A stretch of DNA of 64,000 nt from Candidatus Heimdallarchaeota archaeon (GCA_019056785.1 DXJV01000029.1:1-64000), one strand, 5' to 3'. Positions 29,627-40,646 are shown, numbered from the stretch's first letter. Made by a program: numbers and translations. The notes: generated from the letters alone by a model not told the origin.

Positions 29627-30451
29627 ATGGCAAAACTAGTCTGGAAAATCGTGATTATTGGCGACCCCGCAGTTGGGAAGACAAGTATCCGACGCAAATA
29701 TTTAGGAGAAACAACTCTAAAAGAATATATTTATACAATTGGAGCAGATTTTGCAACAAAAAGAATAAAGTTGACCAACAATCTTACAGTACAATACCAA
29801 ATTTTTGACCTTGCCGGACAACAAAAATTCGATAAGGTGCGATCTTCTTTTTACTCGGGAGCCCAAGCAGCCATTCTAGTTTATGACATTACCAATGCTA
29901 ACTCATTAGTTAACCTTCCCAAATGGGTGCGGGAAGCAAAACAAAATAACGACGGGAGCTTGGAAACTTTTGTTGTCGTAGGCAATAAGATAGACTTGCG
30001 GGATCAGAAAAAAACGAATGATGCCATCTTGAAGAAATTTTTGAAGGACCTTTCAAGAACAATGGGGCATGAAATTTTACACATTTTTACCAGTGCATTA
30101 ACCGGTGAAAATATTGAACTGCTTTTCAAAAAAGTAACTGAAATTTTACTAACAAAAGCAAGTAAAAATAATCCCCAAATTGAAAGACTAGCAAAACCAA
30201 TTTTAAAAGAGACAAAAAGCGACAAAGAAAAAACGCCCGAGCAACCACCCAAATTGAAAATCCCCGAACCAAAGGCAGAACCTGCCGACCCTCTGGAAAA
30301 ACGATTGAAGCACATCGAATTAGAAATCGACCACCTCCAAATGCAAGTCACTGAATTATATGAAGATATGAAATATGTTAAAGATTTGCTGTTAAAATAC
30401 CTCCATCAACATAAGAAAATTCTGGAGGAATTGAAACTACAAGGAGAATAA
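29627..30451 (+). CDS. Rab-like small GTPase with Pro-rich linker and C-terminal coiled coil
   Basis: G1 GDPAVGKTS, G2 YIYTIGADF, G3 DLAGQ, FYSGA, G4 NKID, G5 TSAL. Confidence 0.92.
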   Translation: MAKLVWKIVIIGDPAVGKTSIRRKYLGETTLKEYIYTIGADFATKRIKLTNNLTVQYQIFDLAGQQKFDKVRSSFYSGAQAAILVYDITNANSLVNLPKWVREAKQNNDGSLETFVVVGNKIDLRDQKKTNDAILKKFLKDLSRTMGHEILHIFTSALTGENIELLFKKVTEILLTKASKNNPQIERLAKPILKETKSDKEKTPEQPPKLKIPEPKAEPADPLEKRLKHIELEIDHLQMQVTELYEDMKYVKDLLLKYLHQHKKILEELKLQGE

Positions 30452-30482
30452 CCTTCCTCTTTTAGTCAATATAAAAACTTTT

Positions 30483-30908
30483 TTACTCATGATACAGATT
30501 CTTAATGGCATTTGTGGCTCTGTAGCAAACATCATAAGTTATCTGGCTGATCTCATCGATCACTTCGAATTCGATGTCTAGAATCATTTTTACAAGCTCT
30601 ATCTTACTAAGGAGAACAATTTCCAGGTCTTTTGGGTATGTTAAAACCACCCAACAATCTGTTCCCAAAAGTGATAAACGTTCATCGTTCGCGTCAGGAT
30701 TACTAATACTTCGATTATAAACAAAAATAACTTGTTCATTCATATATGATGGCCCTAACATCGATGAGACTGGTGAGATAGAATATGGTTCAGTAGTACT
30801 TAGTAAAAGGTAGATATCTTCTTGTTCAATGGAAAATTCTCCTTCACTGAAGATTTCTACCGGGCCTATGACTTCATCAAAATAGTAGAAATGCACCGAA
30901 AGAGCCAT
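30483..30908 (-). CDS. Putative uDENN/longin-like protein
   Basis: N-terminal hydrophobic strand-FDEVIGP motif reminiscent of uDENN/NPRL2/AVL9 starts; convergent with the Rab-like gene. Confidence 0.5.
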   Translation of the reverse strand: MALSVHFYYFDEVIGPVEIFSEGEFSIEQEDIYLLLSTTEPYSISPVSSMLGPSYMNEQVIFVYNRSISNPDANDERLSLLGTDCWVVLTYPKDLEIVLLSKIELVKMILDIEFEVIDEISQITYDVCYRATNAIKNLYHE

Positions 30909-31035
30909 AACATCGCCTTTGCTTAATCTACTTTAACTATCAGAGCAAAGGGGATTAAATGCTTTTTGAAAAGGGCATTTTGATATAAACATCTTGGAAA
31001 AAGGAGGGGACTACTAAACAAGCGAACGACTGGAA

Positions 31036-31278
31036 TTACTTCACAAGTTTTGCTATGCAACTTTTACACTCAAAAAAGCCTTTGGACTTCATCGAACAAT
31101 AAGTCACATTATTTCTTAAAGCACACCAAGAAAACAAACAGTCATGACAAAAGTCAGTAATTACTAAATCATCCGGAACAATACTTTCCCTCAAAATATT
31201 CAAATCTAATTTTGCTTTACTTGCCATTTTTTCTGCTTCCTGATAAACACAAGCTCTACTGTTAATTTCAATTGGCAA
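31036..31278 (-). CDS. Small Cys-rich hypothetical protein
   Basis: CHDC-x4-C, C-x9-CKSC; TTG start. Confidence 0.55.
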   Translation of the reverse strand: MPIEINSRACVYQEAEKMASKAKLDLNILRESIVPDDLVITDFCHDCLFSWCALRNNVTYCSMKSKGFFECKSCIAKLVK

Positions 31279-31365
31279 TTACCATTATTAAATTTGCAAT
31301 GCAAGGGATGACTGAAACTATTTTACACGGGTAACCGTAAAATTGAGCGCTCCGCTATAGAAGAG

Positions 31366-32754
31366 CTATTTCAAGGTATCAAATAAAAAGAGAATGCGGG
31401 AGCGTATGGTTGGATGATCCACCGGCAAAAGTTCTTGTTGTACCTGAAAGTCCGCTTCAAATAATTCTTTGTCAGGGTTATTTTTAATGGCGGCAACCAG
31501 CTGTTCGATTTCCTCATCGTTAAGGAATTGATCGGAATTAGTTCCCATCACTGCCCAATTGGTAATTTGTTGTGAAAGTTTTTCAGCAAGATGATTGTCA
31601 TTTGTCAACAATCTTTTCAATTCCTTTTCTCGCAATTTCATCAGTTCTTCACATGCCTTTTGGGCGAAGGTGTCAATTTTGCTGTCGCTAAGAGGCAGGA
31701 GGAGTGCATCTCGCAGATTCTTCAAACGTTGGACAACATAAATATACAATGCTTTTTGTCTCGAGAATTCTTTTGAAAGTTCCTGCGGGGGCAGGTCCCT
31801 GATGCCTTGAAGAAACTCTCGAGTGACATTACTTTTTCCTTCACGTTTTCCGAGCCATTTAAATTCAGCGCCAAAAGCAACTACAACATCAATTCTTTGC
31901 CCTAAAATGATCAATGCATTTATTATCGTATTGCGACCGATAAATTTGCCAGCGGTGTAATCCGCCAACAACTCTGCTTGTTGCCGGGAGAAATTCATAA
32001 GCCAGCGATTAATGATAGTTAAAAACCACATAGCTAAAATTAATAAAAGGAGTAAAGCAATCCTTAAAACGATATTCCAGACTTCCGGTTCATCAGCGAT
32101 GATAATATAGATCATTTGTAAAAGTTGCAGCGAATAAGCAACAAACACAAAATAATTGATACCGAACCGGTAGATATTCACAATGCTATCTAGTTTTTTG
32201 ATATGAGCTAATTCATGGGCAATTATAGCTTTTATTTCTTTTTTATCTAAGATTTCGATGATATTTGCATCAAGAACAATCCACGAGGATCGAAGAAAAG
32301 GGAGAGGAACAACATCAATGGTTAAGGCATTAGGAATGTTGGTGTTGCTAAGATAGACACGTTTAATGGACTTTAACTTGAATTCTCGCGCCAAATCTAT
32401 GACCATTTTATAAATATCTTTGGGGTCCAGCCGGAGAGAGTTCTTTATTAGGAAATGATTTTCCCCCACTAAGCCAAACTCTGTAATTTGAATCAATTTT
32501 GCTTGCCGAAAACGCCACCAAAGAACCAGATAAGTAATGATCACCTGAATTAGAAGAAGAATGAAAGCAATAAGTAACCTCTGCCATTGAAATTGCACAA
32601 GCCAGCTGAAATGAAAGCGCACTAATCCTTCATCTTTCGGTGAAATCGTGAGAGTAGAGGCAATAAACAAATGAACTGTATTAAGAAAAAGAAAGAAGCC
32701 ATTAGAAAGATGCATCTTTATTTTTGTATTAAGCAACAAGTGATTTAATGGCAC
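31366..32754 (-). CDS. M48 (HtpX-like) membrane zinc metallopeptidase
   Basis: PNA, AIIAHELAH, SRQQAELLAD, HPTIRSRI; TM segments. Confidence 0.9.
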   Translation of the reverse strand: MPLNHLLLNTKIKMHLSNGFFLFLNTVHLFIASTLTISPKDEGLVRFHFSWLVQFQWQRLLIAFILLLIQVIITYLVLWWRFRQAKLIQITEFGLVGENHFLIKNSLRLDPKDIYKMVIDLAREFKLKSIKRVYLSNTNIPNALTIDVVPLPFLRSSWIVLDANIIEILDKKEIKAIIAHELAHIKKLDSIVNIYRFGINYFVFVAYSLQLLQMIYIIIADEPEVWNIVLRIALLLLLILAMWFLTIINRWLMNFSRQQAELLADYTAGKFIGRNTIINALIILGQRIDVVVAFGAEFKWLGKREGKSNVTREFLQGIRDLPPQELSKEFSRQKALYIYVVQRLKNLRDALLLPLSDSKIDTFAQKACEELMKLREKELKRLLTNDNHLAEKLSQQITNWAVMGTNSDQFLNDEEIEQLVAAIKNNPDKELFEADFQVQQELLPVDHPTIRSRILFLFDTLK

Positions 32755-32861
32755 ATAATTCCCTCATAAGTATAATCTTTGGAAATAGTTATTATTAAAT
32801 GGTACTTTCACCTTTCCTTGTGTTTAAAAGTTTGTGGTAAAATCCCTTTTCTAGAAAGTGT

Positions 32862-33548
32862 TCAAATGGGGCCCTTATTTAAAGTCATTAGCAGGTCCTT
32901 TTTTGTCGCATATCCTAATCTTTTAGCAATTTTATCGATCGCATGATTAGCACTGTCCTGAATAGCTTTTGGGTTTCGTTCATTATCCGCTGAAAATTTC
33001 AGAAGTAATTTTACAGTTGATTTATCACCTACTTCACCAAGGGCATACAAAGTTTGTAAAACGACCTCCAAAGGAATTGTCACCGAATTATAGAGCTCAT
33101 CAAGTAGGGCTAATAAAAGGGGGAGGCTTTCTTTTAAACCTAAAATGCCAAAAGTTTCTGCAAGGACAAGTTGTAACCGGTCACGCCCTCTGGAGCCCAT
33201 TTGCTTAAGCCGCTCATTGTAATTTTCTTTGATTTGTTGGATAATTTCATCACTATTGCTGGAATGCAACGATTGTGCTATTGCATACCGGACTGACCAA
33301 TCATCTTCGATGAAAAGTTGCAAGCAAAGTTCTTGTAAAAACGGATTTTCTTGCAAATAACCAAGAATCGATGCAGCAGCTTTCCGTATTCGTGCTTTTT
33401 TGTGTTTCTTAATGAGATTCAAGAAAAGTTCCTTTGCTTTTTCTTCTGTTTTGAAAAGCTCTTGGATAAGGGATGCTTTATTTTTCCAATTCAACGATGG
33501 ATGTTCAATGATAGTTAATAACTCACGTTTTATTTTCCATTTGTTCAT
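32862..33548 (-). CDS. HEAT (PBS-lyase-like) repeat protein
   Basis: RIRKAAASILG, SVRYAIAQSL, LYALGEVGD repeats. Confidence 0.8.
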   Translation of the reverse strand: MNKWKIKRELLTIIEHPSLNWKNKASLIQELFKTEEKAKELFLNLIKKHKKARIRKAAASILGYLQENPFLQELCLQLFIEDDWSVRYAIAQSLHSSNSDEIIQQIKENYNERLKQMGSRGRDRLQLVLAETFGILGLKESLPLLLALLDELYNSVTIPLEVVLQTLYALGEVGDKSTVKLLLKFSADNERNPKAIQDSANHAIDKIAKRLGYATKKDLLMTLNKGPI

Positions 33549-33660
33549 ATACCCATCAACAACAAATGCTAAAAGGAATTTTGATAGAAATATCTTTTGA
33601 AAGAGTTCAAATAATATTTAATAACATCTGCAAATATTTCTCACAAAACAATTTGTTGGA

Positions 33661-34056
33661 TTGAGTTGGATGCCTGCTAAAAATGAAAATCACGAAATAG
33701 AAAAGCAAATTCCTCAGAAAGCAAAGGGGAAAAAAGAGGACCCTCAATTGATGATTGGATTCAACAAATGGGGCATGCTTTTCATGTTTCTCTTTGTGGC
33801 AATTTTAGGCTATTTAATTCTTGCACCAATAGTTTACATACCCCCTTTTGCATATAATGTCATTGAAAGTGAATATATTATTAATGATTTATTACTGACA
33901 ATTCTCGGCATTCTTGCATTACTTTTCTTGGGGCTGGGAATTTATTTTGGTTGGATGAAAAAAGAAATCCCAGAAGAAAAAAGCGAAGAAGAAAGTAGCA
34001 AACCATTACAAGGAGAACAAGAGCAAATTACCTTTACCTTTGATGAGAATGACTAA
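33661..34056 (+). CDS. Small membrane protein (2 TM)
   Basis: Two hydrophobic segments, acidic tail. Confidence 0.7.
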   Translation: MSWMPAKNENHEIEKQIPQKAKGKKEDPQLMIGFNKWGMLFMFLFVAILGYLILAPIVYIPPFAYNVIESEYIINDLLLTILGILALLFLGLGIYFGWMKKEIPEEKSEEESSKPLQGEQEQITFTFDEND

Positions 34057-34107
34057 GTTGGAGATCACTAAACCAACCTCTCATAAAAAATTAGACTAAT
34101 GAAATAT

Positions 34108-34479
34108 TTAGGTGGCTAATTTTTCAAGGTCAGCTAACTTGTTCTTCCACTTTTCAGCCAGCTCTTTTTTGTCTATTTTTTCGTAAAGAGCGATCAATAT
34201 CTCACAAATTTTTATCAGGGAAATTTTCCATTCTTGAGAATATTCGAGTTCTCGAGGTTGAAATGTTTCAAGCTCTTCAAGATTAATGTCTATTTTGAAA
34301 AGCCGGTTAAAATCTTCAAACGCTTCTCGAATATCGATTAATGTTTCCATGAGTGTTCTTAAAAGTGTTGCATCAGCTGGTGTTGATAGCCGTTCTTTCA
34401 TTCGCTCTTCTATTATTTGTAATTTCTTTTCAAGTTCCGACAAAAAACATTGCACCTCAATAAAAACTAACTTTAACAA
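34108..34479 (-). CDS. Hypothetical helical protein
   Basis: Charged amphipathic ORF co-oriented downstream of leuD. Confidence 0.6.
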   Translation of the reverse strand: MLKLVFIEVQCFLSELEKKLQIIEERMKERLSTPADATLLRTLMETLIDIREAFEDFNRLFKIDINLEELETFQPRELEYSQEWKISLIKICEILIALYEKIDKKELAEKWKNKLADLEKLAT

Positions 34480-34507
34480 AGTTCTAAATTAAAAAGAAGA
34501 GAAGGGA

Positions 34508-35038
34508 TTAAAGAGTTTTTGCATATTCAAACAAGTTCCCAGCTTGATAAATGTCCATTTGGACCTGTGACATCCCTTCTGTTTTGAAAGTATGGTTCTT
34601 TGTCAGGTTCTTTATTTCACCTGTCTGTAAATTAACGACAAGTTCATCGCCTGTTTCTATCAGCTTTTTCTCGTCGATGATGTCTGCTTGTAAGATGGGT
34701 AATCCAGCATTGATAGCATTTCGTTTATAAATAGCACCAAAAGATTTCGCAATCAAAAGTTGTATGCCAAGAGAAATAAAACAATCTACTGCTTGCTGTC
34801 TTGAAGAACCAGCACCAAAATTTGCACCTAAGATTAAGATGTCGCCTTTCTGTGCTTTCTTCGCGAAATCTTTCCATCCTTCGAGATTATCGAAAGTGTA
34901 TTGACCCATTTCTTCGATTTTCTTTATGTGGAGATATTTATTGTGGAAGATCATATCTGTATCTATATCATCAATTGGTTTTCCATCTTTATCACGGATT
35001 ACTACTGCTCGTCCTTTCAATTCGATTGGTTTTGCCAT
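34508..35038 (-). CDS. leuD: 3-isopropylmalate dehydratase/homoaconitase small subunit
   Basis: DDIDTD.I, G.NFG.GSSR, AKSFG.IY.RNAINAGLP. Confidence 0.88.
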   Translation of the reverse strand: MAKPIELKGRAVVIRDKDGKPIDDIDTDMIFHNKYLHIKKIEEMGQYTFDNLEGWKDFAKKAQKGDILILGANFGAGSSRQQAVDCFISLGIQLLIAKSFGAIYKRNAINAGLPILQADIIDEKKLIETGDELVVNLQTGEIKNLTKNHTFKTEGMSQVQMDIYQAGNLFEYAKTL

Positions 35039-35055
35039 TTTTCATTCCTCCAGTG

Positions 35056-36312
35056 TTAGATGTTTTCCGGGCTGGTAATATATCCCGTAATTGCAGAGGC
35101 CGTTACTGTTTCAGGGCTGCAGAGATAAGTCATCCCCGACCCTTGCTTTCCTTTGAAATTCCTATTTCCGGTCGAGACTTGGACCTCGCCTTTGCCTGTC
35201 ATGCCAATTTGTCCACTTGCGCAACCAGCACAGCCCGGATTGCTAACAACAGTCCTTGCCTCAAATAGAACTTGCAAATCGCCGTTTTTAATGAGATCAC
35301 CGAGAACTCTTCGTGTTGCCGGGACGATTTTCATGACCGTATCTTTAGCTACTTCTATGCCTTTCAGCATATCGACTGCAACTTTGATGTCTTCATATCG
35401 ACCATTTGTGCAACTGCCAAGAAAGGCAGAATCAACATGAATTTTTTCTTTCTCTAATGAAGCCACCTCAACAACATTATCCGGTTTATATGGTTTTGCA
35501 ATGAGCGGTCGTAGGTCGCTAATGTCAACCACCACTTCTTCCACATACTTGGCATCTTCATCAGCAAAATAAGGAGTAAAGTCACTTTTTGCCCTTGCCT
35601 TGCTATAAGAAATTATTTCTTCGTTTGGAGGGATGAAACCAATAATTCCTCCCATCTCAGTCACCATCGACGCAAGAGTGATTCGTCCGGCAAAGGAGAG
35701 CTTCTCAATTGCTTTCCCCTCAAATTCAATCGCTTTGCCTAAAGCACCTTTTGAGGTCAACTTTCGGATGATTGCCAGAGTAAGGTCCTTTGCTGAACAA
35801 GGCGGTTGCAATTCGCCTTCAATAATTACCTTCATTGTTGGTGGAACTTCAAACCAGGTCTTCCCTGCTTTCATTCCAAAAGCAATGTCTTGATCTCCCA
35901 TTCCTTGCCCGAAAGCACCAATGCACCCCATAATGTTCAAATGGCTGTCTGTACCAACCACCGTTGCACCTGGAACGCAGTAACCTTCTTCAATAAGAAT
36001 ATGAGAACCAATACCCCACTCAGAATCGAAGACACGAATGCCCTCTTCTCTTGCAAAATCTCGGATAATCTGTTGATTTTCTGCATACCCTACATTCTTT
36101 GCCGGTACAACAGTATCAAAAGTGAAAACTGTTTTAGCCTTATTTTCAAGTTTCTCCTCATTTGGATAGTACTTCCGAAGGTTAGCAATAACATTTGCTC
36201 CTCCAAAGTCACGAGCACTTCGCACATCTAAATCTAACCAGATAATTTTACCGGGTTTAATGTCATCTTTTGAGTGCGCTGCGAAAATTTTCTCAATAAT
36301 TGTTTGTCCCAT
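35056..36312 (-). CDS. leuC: 3-isopropylmalate dehydratase/homoaconitase large subunit
   Basis: MGQTIIEKI, GTDSH, GSCTNGR, PGCAGC, STGNRNFKGKQG. Confidence 0.9.
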   Translation of the reverse strand: MGQTIIEKIFAAHSKDDIKPGKIIWLDLDVRSARDFGGANVIANLRKYYPNEEKLENKAKTVFTFDTVVPAKNVGYAENQQIIRDFAREEGIRVFDSEWGIGSHILIEEGYCVPGATVVGTDSHLNIMGCIGAFGQGMGDQDIAFGMKAGKTWFEVPPTMKVIIEGELQPPCSAKDLTLAIIRKLTSKGALGKAIEFEGKAIEKLSFAGRITLASMVTEMGGIIGFIPPNEEIISYSKARAKSDFTPYFADEDAKYVEEVVVDISDLRPLIAKPYKPDNVVEVASLEKEKIHVDSAFLGSCTNGRYEDIKVAVDMLKGIEVAKDTVMKIVPATRRVLGDLIKNGDLQVLFEARTVVSNPGCAGCASGQIGMTGKGEVQVSTGNRNFKGKQGSGMTYLCSPETVTASAITGYITSPENI

Positions 36313-36600
36313 TTATCTTGCATCCTTTCAAACGATTTTACATGAAAGCTTAGCTCTTTTTTTACTTGTAATAACTATTTAAGCTTTTCATCGAATAGTG
36401 TTAATGAATGCCTTTTTAAGATAAGCATGAAAATTCATTTAAATAAAAAGCATTAAATTTCGTGCAAAAGGAAAGCTAGAAGCAAATTTCAGAGAGAATA
36501 ACGACTTTAAATAGAGAAAAGCTTTACGAACTTTAACTGAATGGCAAAGCGATAAAACGGCTGCTATCTCCCCCTCAAAAATATGAAGAAGTGATGTTTT

Positions 36601-37695
36601 ATGAGCAAGCAAAAAAGAGACCCATATGAAGTTCTCGGCGTGTCCAGAAATGCCACTGCAGATGAAATTAAAAAGGCTTACCGGAAACTTGCTCGAAAAT
36701 ATCATCCCGATGCAAATCCCGGCGATAATCAAGCGGCAGAACGCTTCAAGGAAGTTTCAGAAGCTTATTCCATTTTAAGTGACCCCGACCAAAGAGCTGC
36801 CTACGATAATTTGGGTTGGGCGGGTTTAGGAGCAACTGCTGGGGGAACAGGCGGGGATCCCTTTGCAGGATTTGGTTTTGGCGATATTTTTGGAAGCATT
36901 TTCAGTGATTTCTTTGGCGAAAGAAGAGGTTTTCGAAGAGAAGCAACGGGAAAACACATTCGTATATCTTTGGAATTGACTTTTGAAGAAGCAGCCAGTG
37001 GTGTAAAAAAGAAGATCACAGTAAAAAAGCATGAAACATGTTCGCGTTGTAATGGCTCGCGAGCAGAACCGGGTACTAGCCCGAGAAGATGTAGTGTTTG
37101 TGGTGGCTCGGGCGTAGAAGAGATCCGGCAACGAACACCATTTGGTATTATGATTAATCAAACGATTTGCAATGCCTGTAACGGGACAGGGGAGATGGTG
37201 GACCACCCTTGCACTCTTTGTAAGGGAACAGGCTTAGAAGAGAAAACAAAGAAAATTACTGTTGATATCCCTGCAGGAATAGATGACGGGCAAAAAGTAA
37301 TCATCCGTGGTGAAGGCGAACCCGGGCCACATGGCGTCCCGCCTGGAAATCTCTATATCATTATCCGTTTGAAACCCCACAAATACTTCCATCGCGAAGG
37401 TAATGAATTAATCTATGAACACACAATCAATATTGCGCAAGCAGCATTAGGCGATACCATTTATGTCCCGACATTAGTTAAAGGAGAAAAAGCCAAAGTG
37501 AAAATCCCTCCGGGAACAGAAATGAATACTATTTTCAGACTTAAAAACAAAGGCTTTCCTAATGTGAATGGTTATGGAAGGGGAGATATGCACGTTATTA
37601 TTAGAATTTCCACACCAAAGAAGCTTACACCTCGAGAGAAAGAGCTCTTAACAGAATTGAAAGAAATCTGGGCAGCAAAAAAAGATGGTTCCTAA
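36601..37695 (+). CDS. dnaJ: Molecular chaperone DnaJ (class A)
   Basis: J domain with HPD, G/F region, four CxxCxGxG repeats, C-terminal domain. Confidence 0.96.
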   Translation: MSKQKRDPYEVLGVSRNATADEIKKAYRKLARKYHPDANPGDNQAAERFKEVSEAYSILSDPDQRAAYDNLGWAGLGATAGGTGGDPFAGFGFGDIFGSIFSDFFGERRGFRREATGKHIRISLELTFEEAASGVKKKITVKKHETCSRCNGSRAEPGTSPRRCSVCGGSGVEEIRQRTPFGIMINQTICNACNGTGEMVDHPCTLCKGTGLEEKTKKITVDIPAGIDDGQKVIIRGEGEPGPHGVPPGNLYIIIRLKPHKYFHREGNELIYEHTINIAQAALGDTIYVPTLVKGEKAKVKIPPGTEMNTIFRLKNKGFPNVNGYGRGDMHVIIRISTPKKLTPREKELLTELKEIWAAKKDGS

Positions 37696-37847
37696 GTAAA
37701 AAAAAAGTGAGACTAAGAAAAAAACGAGAGTAAATTGTTGTTTTTAAAAGAAAAGATTTATTAGCTTTAAGAGGCAAACAAACAATCTAATTATAAATTT
37801 AAAAAGAATATTTCGGATATATATGATAAAAGAAAGGTTGCATAAAA

Positions 37848-39050
37848 GTGGAAAATTTAGTTATTAGCCATAATCGAGATGTTGTTCCTTCCAAATTGCC
37901 TGTCGAGATTGTTGAACGAAAAGGGCAAGGACATCCTGACTTTCTCTGTGATAAGGCAGCAGAAGAGTTAAGCATCGCGATAAGTAAATGGTATATTGAA
38001 AGATATGGGCGGATCCTCCATCATAATGTAGATAAAGCTGTATTAGCCGGCGGACAATCTGTAACGAAAATTGGAGGTGGGGAAGTACTCGAACCAATTT
38101 ACCTCTTACTTGTTGGACGAGCTGTTGGAGTGAATGCTCAAATAAATGGGCAATTCTTACCAATTGGCAAGTTAGTTATTGAGACCACCAAAAATTGGTT
38201 GCATAAAGACCTCCCTCATTTAAATATTGAACATGACATCATTATTGATTATAAAATCCGCTCAGGGAGTACTGACCTAGTTGGTAATTTCGAAGAAAAC
38301 ATTGAAATCCCACGAGCAAATGATACATCTATCGGGATTGGTTTTGCTCCTTTTTCACCGTTAGAAGAATTGACCTATAAAACTGAACGATTATTAAATG
38401 ACCTTGAAATAAAGAAAAAGCACCCCGCAATTGGTGAAGACATAAAAGTCATGGGCGTCCGGAAGAAGGACAAGATAGACTTGACAATTGCTTGTGCAAT
38501 GATCAGTACAGAATTAGTCGATATTGATCATTACTTTACAACAAAAGAAGAAGTAAAAGAATTAACCCTGGATTTGGCTGCAGACATCTGGGGAGGAGAA
38601 ATAAACATTGATGTTAATGTAGCAGATGTTCCTGGAAATGAAGATTGTTTGTACTTGACAGTAACTGGCACATCAGCAGAGCAAGGAGACGACGGACAAG
38701 TTGGCCGGGGAAATCGGGTAAATGGATTAATAACACCTTATCGACCAATGACCCTCGAAGCAGCAGCCGGAAAAAATCCCGTAAGCCATGTAGGAAAAAC
38801 TTACAATATTGCTGCTAGAAAGATTTGTGAGCAAGTTGTGAAAGAGCTTAGCGTCGAAAATGTCGATTGTTACTTAGTAAGCAAAATAGGTGTGGAAATT
38901 ACAAAACCATACGTTATAGAACTGGCTCTCGTTGGTGGTAAAGTTGACAGTAAGACCAAACGAAACCTCGAGGAGATCGTTCAAGAACAATTGAATCAAA
39001 TGCCAAATATCTGGCGAGGGTTTATTAACCGCTCTTATGAACTCTACTAG
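37848..39050 (+). CDS. mat: Archaeal-type S-adenosylmethionine synthetase
   Basis: [65 protein letters not shown]. Confidence 0.95.
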   Translation: MENLVISHNRDVVPSKLPVEIVERKGQGHPDFLCDKAAEELSIAISKWYIERYGRILHHNVDKAVLAGGQSVTKIGGGEVLEPIYLLLVGRAVGVNAQINGQFLPIGKLVIETTKNWLHKDLPHLNIEHDIIIDYKIRSGSTDLVGNFEENIEIPRANDTSIGIGFAPFSPLEELTYKTERLLNDLEIKKKHPAIGEDIKVMGVRKKDKIDLTIACAMISTELVDIDHYFTTKEEVKELTLDLAADIWGGEINIDVNVADVPGNEDCLYLTVTGTSAEQGDDGQVGRGNRVNGLITPYRPMTLEAAAGKNPVSHVGKTYNIAARKICEQVVKELSVENVDCYLVSKIGVEITKPYVIELALVGGKVDSKTKRNLEEIVQEQLNQMPNIWRGFINRSYELY

Positions 39051-39059
39051 AGTAAAACT

Positions 39060-40646
39060 TTAACTAATCTTTAGTTTCGGCAGAGGAATGAGATAGATTA
39101 TTCTCTCTCCTTTTAACCCCCCGAAAGTTAATTCAAGATTGCTAAGCTTCACAGTGCCTTTTCGCTTTGCAAGAACCGGTTGGGTAAAAAGAAGCTCCTC
39201 TCCCGGAGCCAACATTTTTTTCCGAAGATGTCTTTTCACTCCAATGGATTCTAAAGCATCTCTGGGTTTCCATGAGAGTTCCTTTATTTGAAAGGATGGC
39301 AAAGCAACATCCGACCTGTTGAAAATTTTGATGACAAGATCGCCTGCTGTTCCAAAAGAGGTGAGAGTATATTGAACTACGACACTAATACTCTTTTTAA
39401 TGAGCGACTCGAGACAACCATGCCAGAATTTTTGAAGTGAGACAGGGAGTTTTGCCACCTCTTTTAGTCGCATGAATAGTTTTTTAGCGGTTTTTACTTT
39501 ATACTCCAAAATGGCTTGCAGAAAATCAATCACAAGCTTTGTTTGGCCATTTTGTTTAATGCAATATTTGATCTCTTTTCGAGCAGGTAAGGCAGACAAA
39601 CTTTTTTCTTTGCTTTCATTCTCCTTGACTCGACTTGAATAAACATGCAGAATGACAGTTAGTGTTAGCAACAAAGGAACTTGTTTACACGCCTTCCGAG
39701 CAAGAAGAGCTAGACAATAATTTAATGTTGCAGAGCTAAACCGAGCAAAACTATCTACTTCTTCAAAGAGAGAATGATAAAATGACTCGAGAAGCTCTTC
39801 TTCTAACTCCACAGTTAGAAACGAAAGAGGAAAGTCGTTAGTAAGAACGGTGGCAGAAATTAATTTACAATAATCGAACAAATTACTTATTTCTTTTTGT
39901 TTATAACGTTCTTCTCTGTCAAAATGACCCACGGACCATTTGTTTCTTTTAGCTAAGTTCAAAATCAGCTCTTGAGAATGACGGTCCTTCAAAAACAGCA
40001 TGGAAGCCAAAAAGCTAAATTTCCTTGCTAGGGGTGTTTTTTTAAGAATATTTTCGAAAAAAATGTCAAAGGCTTTAATAGTTAATATTTCTGTTTTTTC
40101 TTCTAAGGCCGAGAAATCTATGGGCAGCTGCCAAAAGTCACTTTTAGCCTCCAAGAGGGTTAGAATATTCTCGGAAAGCGGCATGGCTTTAGAATTAAGA
40201 GTTATTATTGGCCGTGATGAAAGTTTATAGTTCGTTATTTTCTCTATTTCAACAATGATTTTTGCAAATTGTTCATCCAAAGCAACTGTTTGTTCTGAAA
40301 TTGTTGGCGAAGGCTTTAGCTTGGGATACCGTAATAGGCGAATTGTGGTCTTCTTGAGATGTTTTTTGATCTTTCCCAAGGCATCTTCAGAATAGCTGGT
40401 GTCTTTAATACAATAACCATCACGATTGAAATAGTACAGCCTCCCAAGAGAATCATAATCAGCGAAAACAATGTACGCTATTGGTTTGTATTTTGTGAGA
40501 ATTAGTTGAGGAACTGGTCCCCTATAGAAGGTTTTAACACCCTTGGCTTTTCGAACCTCAACATAGACCGGCTTTTTGGAATTATATTCATGTTTCGCAA
40601 ACTCATAAAGACGTTTTTTTACATCACGAGGCGGAGTAGAAGGCAT
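39060..40646 (-). CDS. Hypothetical protein, helical middle and Ig-like C-terminal domain
   Basis: 528-aa ORF; C-terminal VIKIFNRSD...LAPGEE...F...G.V.L..LELTF beta-sandwich pattern. Confidence 0.65.
   Translation of the reverse strand: MPSTPPRDVKKRLYEFAKHEYNSKKPVYVEVRKAKGVKTFYRGPVPQLILTKYKPIAYIVFADYDSLGRLYYFNRDGYCIKDTSYSEDALGKIKKHLKKTTIRLLRYPKLKPSPTISEQTVALDEQFAKIIVEIEKITNYKLSSRPIITLNSKAMPLSENILTLLEAKSDFWQLPIDFSALEEKTEILTIKAFDIFFENILKKTPLARKFSFLASMLFLKDRHSQELILNLAKRNKWSVGHFDREERYKQKEISNLFDYCKLISATVLTNDFPLSFLTVELEEELLESFYHSLFEEVDSFARFSSATLNYCLALLARKACKQVPLLLTLTVILHVYSSRVKENESKEKSLSALPARKEIKYCIKQNGQTKLVIDFLQAILEYKVKTAKKLFMRLKEVAKLPVSLQKFWHGCLESLIKKSISVVVQYTLTSFGTAGDLVIKIFNRSDVALPSFQIKELSWKPRDALESIGVKRHLRKKMLAPGEELLFTQPVLAKRKGTVKLSNLELTFGGLKGERIIYLIPLPKLKIS

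Noticed and set aside
36313-36600. CIRCE or heat-shock operator upstream of dnaJ
   Set aside because: No TTAGCACTC-N9-GAGTGCTAA or other convincing palindrome
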